Below, one piece after another: positions 27,456 to 36,652 of a stretch of DNA of 63,498 nt; within the stretch, counting starts at the first letter, position 1; the number at the start of each line of letters is the position of its first letter. Under the pieces are notes generated by a model. The model was not told the DNA's origin. It did not search any database and saw nothing but the letters and a program-made list of their open reading frames with translations. The stretch lies in NCBI GenBank assembly GCA_016286235.1, contig JAEESJ010000033.1, positions 1 to 63,498 on the forward strand, read 5' to 3'. The DNA comes from Opitutales bacterium. Lineage in GTDB: Bacteria > Verrucomicrobiota > Verrucomicrobiia > Opitutales > UBA9783. The translations under genes were made by a program, and so were the position numbers.

Positions 27456-28394
27456 ATGCAACTCTCCTTTTTTTTCCCCGGGCAAGGTTCGCAAACGGTC
27501 GGAATGGGCAAAGTTTGGTACGAAACCCATGTATCCGTCCAACAGCGTTTTGCGACCGCCGATCGCATCTTAAAAGAGGAATTCGGTTTTAAAGAGGCAC
27601 TGAGCACGCTCTGTTTTAACGGTCCCGATGAAATTTTGCAGGAAACGCGCGTGTGCCAGCCGGCGTTGTTTGTGCTCGGGTATGCTGTTGCGGAACATTT
27701 GAAAAACAGCGAAACGTTCAAAAAACATACCGTCGTTTGTGCGACGGGGCTCAGTTTGGGATTATTGACAGCACTGGCGGTTGCCGATGTTTGGGATTTC
27801 GAAACTTCCTTGCGCGTGGTAGCGACACGCGGACGTTTGATGCAGGAAGCCTGCAAACCGCAACCGACGGGCATGACGGCACTCATCGGCGGCACAACGG
27901 AAGCGATTGAACAACTGTGCAGGGAATTTGATTTGGACGTCTGCAACCGAAACTGCCCCGGGCAAACGGTGGTCGGCGGTGTTTGCGAAAACTTAAAAGC
28001 ATTGCAATCGGTTGCAAAAGAACGCGGGTTTAAACTTGCTGTTCCGCTGAAAGTCGCGGGCGCGTATCACTCCCGCTGGATGCAACCGGCGCGCGAAGCA
28101 TTCGAAGTTTTTTTAAAGGGCATTCCTTTCTCCGCCCCTGCCCTACCCGTCGTTTCCGATACCACCGGTGAGATTTTAAGCGATCCTGATGGCATTCGTG
28201 AAGAACTCGGTCGGCAGTTAACCTCGACCGTTCAGTTCGAAAAATGTTTGCGAAAATGCGGCACGTTGGGCTTCGATCTCGGGTTGGAATGCGGTCCCGG
28301 AAATGTCATCGCAGGTCTCGCCAAACGCACGGACGGGAATTTGAAAATTCAATCGGCGGCGGAACCGAAGGATCTGGAAACCTTGGAAAATTGA
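27456..28394 (+). CDS. fabD: malonyl-CoA:ACP transacylase
   Basis: 312 aa. FPGQGSQTVGMG, active-site GLSLG, ..VAGAYHS.. Confidence 0.92.
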   Translation: MQLSFFFPGQGSQTVGMGKVWYETHVSVQQRFATADRILKEEFGFKEALSTLCFNGPDEILQETRVCQPALFVLGYAVAEHLKNSETFKKHTVVCATGLSLGLLTALAVADVWDFETSLRVVATRGRLMQEACKPQPTGMTALIGGTTEAIEQLCREFDLDVCNRNCPGQTVVGGVCENLKALQSVAKERGFKLAVPLKVAGAYHSRWMQPAREAFEVFLKGIPFSAPALPVVSDTTGEILSDPDGIREELGRQLTSTVQFEKCLRKCGTLGFDLGLECGPGNVIAGLAKRTDGNLKIQSAAEPKDLETLEN

Positions 28395-28561
28395 GAGGAA
28401 CGCAAAGCCTTTTTCCTCGCCGAAACATATCGTTTTATCCGTATGGTACGCGGAAATGAATAACATCAGACGAGAACCGGCATGTCACGGGTGATTTGAT
28501 TTGAGAAAGTACTTGCAAAGTATGACAGTTTTTCCTTTTCTCTGCGTTAGAGGGAAAAATT

Positions 28562-29761
28562 ATGAGACATTTCATCAAATTCACGCTCATCGGAACGGTT
28601 GTTGCAATCGGCATATTGCCTTCGGGATACGCAGCGCCCGAATTCAGTCCGCAGGTGCGTAAAGAAATACGGAACTTTGCCGAAAAGCGGGTTGAGTTGT
28701 GTTACGAGCAATGGCATTCGTTAGCGTACCGGCGTTATGGTTGGTCACCCTCACCCGATGAGCACCGCAAAAGAAGACAGGATGTTGATATTTTTTGTAC
28801 TTTATTGGATGAATTACCGCTTGTCCTTACGAACAAGATAAAACTGCTCTTGAGTTCTTGCGACGGTTCGGACGGTTTGCGCAAAGCAATTACTCCTTTC
28901 CGGCAACAAGATTACAAGATGATGTGCACGGAGTGTCTTTGCGAGCTGTTCTCTCCCGACGTTTTGGACAATGACCACACGCGCCTGACGGGACGGGAAG
29001 GCGATTTCAAGGTTTTAAATTTGACAAAAATGATACACACATTCTACGTTGCTCCTTCGAATCAAAAATGGTTTCAGACTAAGGATTTCGAACTCTTGGT
29101 GAAAAACTCGTTGAAGATTGTCCCTATAATATCGGAGCGCAACGGTCGGTATGAATATAATCCGTTTTGTATGTTTGGCGGTGTATTGTCGGATGAAGTG
29201 ATAAACGATATTGGTGCAAAGTGTTATGCGGAGGCACTCCGTCAGTCTTCTCCGAAAGCCCGAATATATCATCGGATGTTCCTGTTCTTTGACGAAGAAA
29301 TTCCGGAATCGGATGCCGCGCTTTTTTACGGAGAAGAAGTATTCAGATCTTTCCTGCGGTACGAAAGCATAAAACGTGCCGTCGAAAACAAAACGATTGA
29401 CGCCAAAACACATTTACCGGTCGGTCGATTTTATCGACTGTCGGATAAACTGTTCAGTCTGCGCAACTTTATGGTTACTGTCGCAGAAGCGGGCTTAAAG
29501 AAAGATTTCTTCCGGTCTTGCGATTTCGTCCATCGTTCCGACAACAAACTTCCCCGTGAACTTAGAGAAAAAATCAAAAAAGAGACTGATTTTATCGATC
29601 GCGTGGTAAAGAAATTGAGAAACATGCGGGACGATCTGAATGCTTTGTCGGAGAATCCGGATATCGCCTTGTGGACGATATATCGGGATTGCAACTGGTG
29701 GAAATTCAAACTCAAAATCGGCGAAGAGGAAGGGAAGAAAATCCTTGAAGAAATAGAGTAG
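28562..29761 (+). CDS. secreted orphan protein
   Basis: 399 aa. Signal peptide MRHFIKFTLIGTVVAIGILPSGYA. No family recognised. Charged C-terminus. Confidence 0.55.
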   Translation: MRHFIKFTLIGTVVAIGILPSGYAAPEFSPQVRKEIRNFAEKRVELCYEQWHSLAYRRYGWSPSPDEHRKRRQDVDIFCTLLDELPLVLTNKIKLLLSSCDGSDGLRKAITPFRQQDYKMMCTECLCELFSPDVLDNDHTRLTGREGDFKVLNLTKMIHTFYVAPSNQKWFQTKDFELLVKNSLKIVPIISERNGRYEYNPFCMFGGVLSDEVINDIGAKCYAEALRQSSPKARIYHRMFLFFDEEIPESDAALFYGEEVFRSFLRYESIKRAVENKTIDAKTHLPVGRFYRLSDKLFSLRNFMVTVAEAGLKKDFFRSCDFVHRSDNKLPRELREKIKKETDFIDRVVKKLRNMRDDLNALSENPDIALWTIYRDCNWWKFKLKIGEEEGKKILEEIE

Positions 29762-30021
29762 CGGGGCGGAAAGTGCATAAAGCACACGGACGGCAAACGC
29801 CGGAGCCGTATTGTCCGTTTTGATTTCGGAAACGTTCGCGGCGGGCGGACGTTCCGATTTCTTTAAAACTGCCGAAACATCTCGGATTGCTTCCGAAAAA
29901 TATCGTTAAAGCTTTCAGCCGAAATTTCCGATTTATTCACCCGTATCGATCACTGGCGATTACAAAAACAAAACATTGCCAATTCACCTGTTTGCTCCGA
30001 CAATAGGAGCGTCTTTTTGCC

Positions 30022-31818
30022 ATGCAACGGCACATTCGGAATTTCTGCATTATCGCGCACGTTGATCACGGGAAGACCACCCTGTCCGATCGGTTGCTGG
30101 AAATGACGCAGACCGTCGAAAAGCGCAAAATGCAGGATCAGTTGCTGGATTCGATGGACTTGGAACGAGAGAAGGGCATTACCATCAAGTCGCATCCGGT
30201 CACCATGCACTATGCTTTCGAAGGCGTCGATTACACTTTCAACCTCATCGATACTCCCGGGCATGTTGATTTTTCCTACGAAGTTTCGCGCAGTCTGGCG
30301 GCATGCGAAGGCGCAATTTTACTGGTGGACGCTTCGCAGGGTATCGAGGCGCAGACGGTTGCCAACGCACTGCTGGCAATACAGGGAAAGCTGACCGTTA
30401 TTCCCGTTCTCAACAAGGTCGATTTGCCGAGTTCGAATATCGAAAAAGTCAAAAAACAGCTCGAGGATATTTTGGCGATCCCGTCCGAAGAAACACTGAA
30501 TGTCAGCGGCAAAACGGGTCTCGGCGTCCCGGAACTTCTCAATGAGGTTGTCCGCCGCATCCCGGCACCGAACGGCAACGCCGATGCACCGTTGCAGGCG
30601 TTGATTTTCGACGCCGTCTACGATACCTACAAAGGGCTTATTTGCTACGTTCGCATTTTCAACGGCACGTTAAAAGCGGGACAGGCGTTAATGATGATGC
30701 GCCATGAAACGCATCTTCAGGCAAAGGAACTCGGTATTTTTACGCCGCGCATGCAACCGACGGAACAGCTTGCAACGGGCGAAGTCGGTTATATTATTAC
30801 GAATTTAAAAACTCTCACCGACATCAAAATCGGCGATACGTTAACGCTTGCCCAAAGTCCCGCTACCGAACCGCTCCCGGGTTACAAGGAAATCAAACCG
30901 ATGGTGTTCAGCGGTCTTTACCCGCTCGATACCGCCGACTACGAACGTTTGAAGACGGGTCTTTTTAAACTTCAACTCAACGATGCCTCGTTAACGTTTC
31001 AGTCGGAAAACTCGACGGCATTGGGCTTCGGTTTTCGTTGCGGCTTTCTCGGGTTGTTGCACATGGAAATCATCCAGGAGCGCCTGCGACGGGAGTATGA
31101 TTTGGATTTAATCGCCACCTACCCGAGCGTTGTGTACCACGTTCATTTGACCGACGGTACGCAAATCAACGTCGATAATCCGTTACGTCTGCCGGAGCCG
31201 TCGCATATTCAATACATCGAAGAACCGACCATTAAAGCTTCCATTCACATCCCGAACGACGCCATCGGTTGCATTTTGGAACTCATCCGCGAAAAGCGCG
31301 GCGAATGCCTCTCCACCGAAACGCTCGATGACCAGCGTCTGATGCTGACGTGCGTTTTGCCACTGAACGAAATTCTCCTCGACTTCAACGACCGTCTGAA
31401 AAGCTTAACCAAGGGTTACGGCTCCATGGACTACGAACTGAGCGGTTACGTACGCTCGGATTTGGTCAAAATGGATATTTTGGTCAATTCGGAACCGGTG
31501 GATGCCTTTTCGAGCATCGTCCATCGAACCAAAGCGGAAGCTCAGGGGCGCGTTCTATGCGAACGCCTTAAAAACCTGTTGCCGAAGCAGATGTTCAAAG
31601 TCCCCATCCAGGCGGCAGTTTGGGGAAAGGTCGTCGCCCGCGAAACTCTCAGTGCTTACCGTAAAGATGTCACCGCCAAATGCTACGGCGGCGATATTAC
31701 GCGCAAACGCAAACTGTTGGAGAAGCAAAAAGAGGGCAAAAAGCGCATGAAACAGATTGGTCGCGTCTCCATCCCGCAGGAAACGTTTGTGAATATTTTG
31801 AAATCGACGGGGGAATAG
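30022..31818 (+). CDS. lepA: elongation factor 4
   Basis: 598 aa. IRNFCIIAHVDHGKTTLSDRLL, DTPGHVDF, NKVDL, and the conserved LepA C-terminal domain. Confidence 0.97.
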   Translation: MQRHIRNFCIIAHVDHGKTTLSDRLLEMTQTVEKRKMQDQLLDSMDLEREKGITIKSHPVTMHYAFEGVDYTFNLIDTPGHVDFSYEVSRSLAACEGAILLVDASQGIEAQTVANALLAIQGKLTVIPVLNKVDLPSSNIEKVKKQLEDILAIPSEETLNVSGKTGLGVPELLNEVVRRIPAPNGNADAPLQALIFDAVYDTYKGLICYVRIFNGTLKAGQALMMMRHETHLQAKELGIFTPRMQPTEQLATGEVGYIITNLKTLTDIKIGDTLTLAQSPATEPLPGYKEIKPMVFSGLYPLDTADYERLKTGLFKLQLNDASLTFQSENSTALGFGFRCGFLGLLHMEIIQERLRREYDLDLIATYPSVVYHVHLTDGTQINVDNPLRLPEPSHIQYIEEPTIKASIHIPNDAIGCILELIREKRGECLSTETLDDQRLMLTCVLPLNEILLDFNDRLKSLTKGYGSMDYELSGYVRSDLVKMDILVNSEPVDAFSSIVHRTKAEAQGRVLCERLKNLLPKQMFKVPIQAAVWGKVVARETLSAYRKDVTAKCYGGDITRKRKLLEKQKEGKKRMKQIGRVSIPQETFVNILKSTGE

Positions 31819-32015
31819 AGGTTCGACCAATGGTACTGTAGTTACAGTAGCCCTTGTATCTATATCTTATGTTGGAAGTTAGCCGTAACAAATCTTGCTT
31901 TAGAAAAACAAAAAAACGTCAAACTTTCATGCCTTGTATCTTTGCGAAAACAACACAACGACCTTTCAGAGTTCATTCTTTGTATTCGATATAAACGTTT
32001 GATTTCCTGATTTTT

Positions 32016-32654
32016 TCAAATTTTCTCCAACGTCTTACACACCCGACACAAACTTCCCTCCTTACACACCACGCGGTTGCAGTACTTTCGCCCGTAAGTT
32101 ATCATCTGAATATGCCTCCGAAACCAATCATTCTCTGGAAATAAACGCTTCAAATCCACTTCAACCTTTTCCACGGATCCCGAGCTTAAATGCCATTTCA
32201 GTGCCAAACGATGCACGTGGGTATCCACGGGGAACGTCGGATGTCCGAAGGCGTATCCCATTACGACGGAGGCGGTTTTGTGACCGACGCCGGCAAGACT
32301 TTCCAATGACGAGAAATCGTCGGGTACGTTTCCGTTAAACTTTTCGCACAATTGTCGCGATAAAGTCGCGATATAGTGCGCCTTCACGCGAAAAAAGCCG
32401 CACGAATGAATGAGTTCACCGATTTCCTCTTCCGATAAGGCGCACACAGCTTCGGGCGAAGAGGCTCTTTTTAAAAACGTCGGCATCACGCGATTGATCT
32501 GTTCATCATGACACTGCGCCGACAATAGGGTTGCAATCAGCAATGCAAACGGCGAACGGTAATCCAACGCCGCATTCGGGTTCGGGATGATTTCATCCAA
32601 AAGTGCCGCAACCGTTTGTGCACGCCGCTTTTGTTCCGCCGTTACGGGTTTCAT
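32016..32654 (-). CDS. nth: endonuclease III
   Basis: Start MKPVTAEQKRR at 32654; the longer track ORF to 32936 overlaps the MFS gene. HhH-GPD LESLAGVGHKTASVVM, VDTHVHR, C-terminal Cys cluster. ATGA overlap with the upstream MFS stop. Confidence 0.88.
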   Translation of the reverse strand: MKPVTAEQKRRAQTVAALLDEIIPNPNAALDYRSPFALLIATLLSAQCHDEQINRVMPTFLKRASSPEAVCALSEEEIGELIHSCGFFRVKAHYIATLSRQLCEKFNGNVPDDFSSLESLAGVGHKTASVVMGYAFGHPTFPVDTHVHRLALKWHLSSGSVEKVEVDLKRLFPENDWFRRHIQMITYGRKYCNRVVCKEGSLCRVCKTLEKI

Positions 32655-34123
32655 GCGCCCGCCTCCGCGGATTGAATACGATTTTGAAGCAACGCGAACA
32701 AACACAACAACACCCCAACGCCGCCGATGCACAACGTCAGCGCACTTTGGTACGAAGCCGCATCCTTCATCACGCCGAAATAAAACGGACCCGCGGCACT
32801 TCCGAGAGAAACGGCACCAAAGGCAAATCCGTTCAAAAATCCGATACGGCAAACCCCAAACAGTACCGGAATGACCATGGAGGCAATGATGTTGTTGACA
32901 CCCCAATAGATTCCCGTGCAGGCGATGAACAGCCAAAGCATTCCGTCCGCATCGATATGTTTCACCGCATACAACATTCCCGCGTCGGACAGCAAAAACA
33001 GCCCCAAAAACGATCGCACGCCAATCCGTTTAAAACAATGTCCGAACAAAAACGTCAGACCGACCGCCAATAACGAAATCGGCATAAACGCCGCCGAAAC
33101 CGTTTTCGGATTTACGCCGAAATCCCGACACATCGGAACCAGGTGAAACGCGATGCCGCTGTTCTGCGCATTTCGAAAAAAAAGCATTACCCAAATAAAT
33201 ACAAATAACGCTCGACTGCCACAGAAAAAGCGTTGTATCGGTACCGCTTCGGATGGTTGCGACGGTTTTTTACCACGAAGGCAATCGCCGATTATGATCG
33301 CGATGCTCAGAACGGAACTTCCCAACACAAAAAAAAAGCTTCCCCATGTCCAATGTTGACTGATGTTGTAACAAATGACAGGCGTCGAAGCCGTTATAAC
33401 GGTCAAAAATAACTGTACGCAACCCGTTGCCAACCCGCGACGTTGCGAGAAATGTGTTGCCAACACCGAACGTCCCGCCAATGCGTACGCCTGCACGGAT
33501 ATCCGTATCCCGATAAAAGCAATCCACAATATCGCAAGCGGATACAAACCCGAAAAACATGTCGGCGTAAAGATTGTCGACAAAAATTGAAAAACGGTAA
33601 AAAAAATAAAACCTTTTGCAATGCGTCGTTTGATTTTGAAATTTCCGCAAAAGCTTATGACCAAACCCGTAAAACAGAACATCAACAACCAGCTTAAAAC
33701 CATCGACTCCGTTATCCCGACACGTGCCAGCCCTTGCATGATCCATTGCCCGATTATTGCCTTCGGCAAGCCAACGGGATGATACTCGTTCCGTCTGCCC
33801 GCCACACCGACATCAAGTTTCGAAATCGCCACAAACGAACCGGCACAAATCAGATTAAACAGGAAGACAAAATACGAAAGCTCCCTGCGGTCATAGCATC
33901 GACCGACCAAAGGCAAACACAACCCGGCAACCAGATTAGCAAGCATATAGGCACCGCTGATTTGCGTCATTGACAGCGACAAATCCGAGCACATCGACGA
34001 CAAAAAAGGACTGAGTGCCGAAGATCGTCCGAAGGCACTCAAGCCTTCAAGGAGGGTCAAAACAACCAACATACCGACGGGATTAAACGGTTTCATAACA
34101 TCGCAACGACTTCCGAATTCCAA
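32651..34123 (-). CDS. MFS transporter (paralogue 1)
   Basis: About 12 hydrophobic segments. The N-terminus LLEGLSAFGRSSALSPFLSSMCSDLSLSMTQISGAYMLANL is paralogous to the next gene. The start may be MKPFNPV at 34096. Confidence 0.7.
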   Translation of the reverse strand: MEFGSRCDVMKPFNPVGMLVVLTLLEGLSAFGRSSALSPFLSSMCSDLSLSMTQISGAYMLANLVAGLCLPLVGRCYDRRELSYFVFLFNLICAGSFVAISKLDVGVAGRRNEYHPVGLPKAIIGQWIMQGLARVGITESMVLSWLLMFCFTGLVISFCGNFKIKRRIAKGFIFFTVFQFLSTIFTPTCFSGLYPLAILWIAFIGIRISVQAYALAGRSVLATHFSQRRGLATGCVQLFLTVITASTPVICYNISQHWTWGSFFFVLGSSVLSIAIIIGDCLRGKKPSQPSEAVPIQRFFCGSRALFVFIWVMLFFRNAQNSGIAFHLVPMCRDFGVNPKTVSAAFMPISLLAVGLTFLFGHCFKRIGVRSFLGLFLLSDAGMLYAVKHIDADGMLWLFIACTGIYWGVNNIIASMVIPVLFGVCRIGFLNGFAFGAVSLGSAAGPFYFGVMKDAASYQSALTLCIGGVGVLLCLFALLQNRIQSAEAGA

Positions 34124-35276
34124 ACAGGCAAAGCATTAAAACACACACCGCAACCATACAAACCGACAGTGCGATCTGGTAGGAAGCGCGATCGCTCATC
34201 CAACCGAAGTAAAACGAACCGACCGAACTGCCGAAGCTCACGAACGCATACGCCCAACCGTGCAGGGCTCCAATTTTTTTCACGCCGAACAACACCGGCA
34301 ACACCAATGTCGCAACAACGTTATTCAAGCCGTAATACAGCCCCGTGAACAAAATAAAACCGTACACGCCGACGGTTGCCGCAATCGCTTTTGCGGCGCA
34401 CAACATCCCCAAATCGGCACTCAAAAACAGCAAAAGCACCGTCGCGGGCGTTATTTTTTTAAAAAAGTGCCCGAAAATAAACGTCGTCGTAATCGAAACC
34501 GCCGCAATCGGCATAAATCCGAAGGAAACTTTCCCGGCATCCGCACCGAATTCACGGCACATCGGCATCCAGTGCAACGTAATGCCCGTGTTCTGGAACG
34601 CCTTAAAAAACAGAGTCATCATCACAAAGTAAAACAGCATCGGTCGGTAGGTTATTTTTTGCTCGGATAACGGCGGAACCTTCATCGTCGGTACATTCTG
34701 CGGCGGCGGTTTGACGGCAAAAGGACAGAGCAACAACATCACAGACCACAACAGACCGATGCTCACCCAAACGGTTGCCCACGCAAAATGCTGATGCAAA
34801 TGATACGCAATCGACGGGACGGCGGAACCGATAAGTGTTGTAAATAAGGTATAAATCCCCATGGCGACGCCGCGTTTCTTCGAAAACCACAGGGCAATGG
34901 TCGAACGTCCGGCGATGGAATAGGAATGCAACGCCATACGGACACCGAAGGTCCCGAGCCACAGAATAAACAAACTCGCCAACGGTGTGGTGCCGAATAC
35001 CCCCAATCCGCTCATGCCGACGAAGGAAACGCCGAACAGGAGCGTAAAGATACTCAAAAACTTCGGAAACGATGCGCGATCAAACAATCGCCCGATGCTT
35101 GGCAGTACGAACATCGTCGCCAAATGCGCCAACGCATACGCCGCGCTGATTTGGGTTCTGGATAAAGATAAATCTCGACAAAGGTCATTCAAAAACGGAC
35201 TGAACGCCGCCGTACGCCCGAGCCCGCTCAACCCTTCCAACAGCGTTACGATGAGCAAAACCGACCAAGCCGCCAT
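34083..35276 (-). CDS. MFS transporter (paralogue 2)
   Basis: 397 aa. LLEGLSGLGRTAAFSPFLNDLCRDLSLSRTQISAAYALAHL. About 12 TM segments. Confidence 0.7.
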   Translation of the reverse strand: MAAWSVLLIVTLLEGLSGLGRTAAFSPFLNDLCRDLSLSRTQISAAYALAHLATMFVLPSIGRLFDRASFPKFLSIFTLLFGVSFVGMSGLGVFGTTPLASLFILWLGTFGVRMALHSYSIAGRSTIALWFSKKRGVAMGIYTLFTTLIGSAVPSIAYHLHQHFAWATVWVSIGLLWSVMLLLCPFAVKPPPQNVPTMKVPPLSEQKITYRPMLFYFVMMTLFFKAFQNTGITLHWMPMCREFGADAGKVSFGFMPIAAVSITTTFIFGHFFKKITPATVLLLFLSADLGMLCAAKAIAATVGVYGFILFTGLYYGLNNVVATLVLPVLFGVKKIGALHGWAYAFVSFGSSVGSFYFGWMSDRASYQIALSVCMVAVCVLMLCLFGIRKSLRCYETV

Positions 35277-35477
35277 GCATAAAAGACTGAGGTGTTTTTT
35301 CGCGTCCGTGACAACATAATAATGCGCCGGAAGGGGTAAGCGGAAACAATGACGCTTACTCCACGACGCACCCGATACTCGCGCCGTCTCACTCGAAGCC
35401 CTTTACGGCTCCAACACACCTCCATTCTTCGGGATACGAAACATATCCGCACGGCCAGGGATAACGGATGTCGTCTC

Positions 35478-36176
35478 TTACAAGGACGCTTTCAACTGCC
35501 GCAATTTCGCCGACAATTCCGCCTTCACCGCCTCCAATGAACCGTCGGCGTTGACGGAAACAAAGGGAATTGTACCGTCCAGCTTCTTAACGGCGGCATA
35601 GGTCTCTTTCATGAAAACTTCGTAACGTTTCCGCGCCACATTCGGATCCAAATCCGTCGCGCGCACTTCCTTCAATTCGCCCTTCCCTGTTTGTTTCACT
35701 TTTTCATTGTGCGCCTGCGCCCGTCGTCCGCGCCCCAGTTGCCGTTCCAGACTGACGGCTTCGCTTGTCAGCAAAACAACGGATATAAATTGCGGCTTTC
35801 GTCCGTCGGCTGAAAGTTTTTTGTAAAACCACTCGATGGCGTACGCTTGTCCGTCGGTGCGCGGAAAGCCGTCAACAAGAATTCCGCTTTGATACAGAGG
35901 ATTTTTTAATGCTTTAAAAACCGCCATAATAACGGTTTCGTCGTCCAACAACAGCCCTTGGTTAATCTTTTCAAGCATCTCGGGCGTTTTAAGCAGACTG
36001 CTCGCAATCAGCGGCTCCTGATAAAGTCCGAAGAAATCAATCAGCATTCGCGTATGCGTCCCTTTCCCCGAGCCCGGCGACCCGCTCAGCCACACGATGC
36101 GTTGCGGCAGATGTGCCGAAAGCTCGCCGTTTTTATCCAATCTCTTTAAAAAATCCTCAAAATGCGTTTGTCCCAT
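35478..36176 (-). CDS. adenylate-kinase-family nucleoside monophosphate kinase (divergent)
   Basis: P-loop GSPGSGKGT, ILVDGFPRT..QA, LERQLGRGRR, R.TD(L)D....R. The usual STGD(L/M)LR block is replaced by IASSLLK. Confidence 0.6.
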   Translation of the reverse strand: MGQTHFEDFLKRLDKNGELSAHLPQRIVWLSGSPGSGKGTHTRMLIDFFGLYQEPLIASSLLKTPEMLEKINQGLLLDDETVIMAVFKALKNPLYQSGILVDGFPRTDGQAYAIEWFYKKLSADGRKPQFISVVLLTSEAVSLERQLGRGRRAQAHNEKVKQTGKGELKEVRATDLDPNVARKRYEVFMKETYAAVKKLDGTIPFVSVNADGSLEAVKAELSAKLRQLKASL

Positions 36177-36652
36177 TGCAGTAAGAACAGTGCCATCTTA
36201 TGCCGACGGTTTGTCATTCCGCGAGCTTTTATTTATTGTTGCCCGTAAAAATGTAACCGATCAAAAAAAATTGTTAAAAAAATAATTTTTGCCGTTCTTT
36301 ATATAAGATGTCGTTCGCTTCTTTTTATAATACAAAGTACAAAGCATTTCGACCGCCTCCGCCGGACGGACGTCGTACGCGTGGAATAAATACGTACATA
36401 TGAGCAACGGTATAAGTAACAAAACGTATGGCGACAGAATATGCGCCTTTGCGGTGAATACTGTGATAAATCGTCTGGTACGCGAAAATTCCTTTGACAA
36501 ATGCCGCTCAAATTTATACAATCATTCGGATATGGGGATGTTTATCCGACGGCTTCGAAAATTTTTTTTAAAAAAATGTAGAATTTTTATAAAAAACAAC
36601 TTGACAACAAAATACACACGTCTACCATCAACGACGGTATAAGGAAAAACAT

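Noticed and set aside
27341-27946. 201-aa minus-strand ORF
   Set aside because: It is antisense to fabD, which has clear active-site motifs.
32655-32936. N-terminal 94-codon extension of the nth ORF
   Set aside because: It overlaps the 3' end of the MFS gene. The internal ATG at 32654 gives a normal-length endonuclease III with ATGA coupling.
35277-35477. Riboswitch upstream of the MFS operon
   Set aside because: It contains one 7-bp hairpin (GTAAGCG..CGCTTAC), but I could not match any riboswitch consensus I remember. It is left unannotated.
36601-36643. TTGACA (36601) plus TATAAG (36638) as the promoter of the 991-aa gene
   Set aside because: The hexamers are 31 nt apart, which is incompatible with a single sigma70 promoter. 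No alternative pair was found, so no promoter is called.
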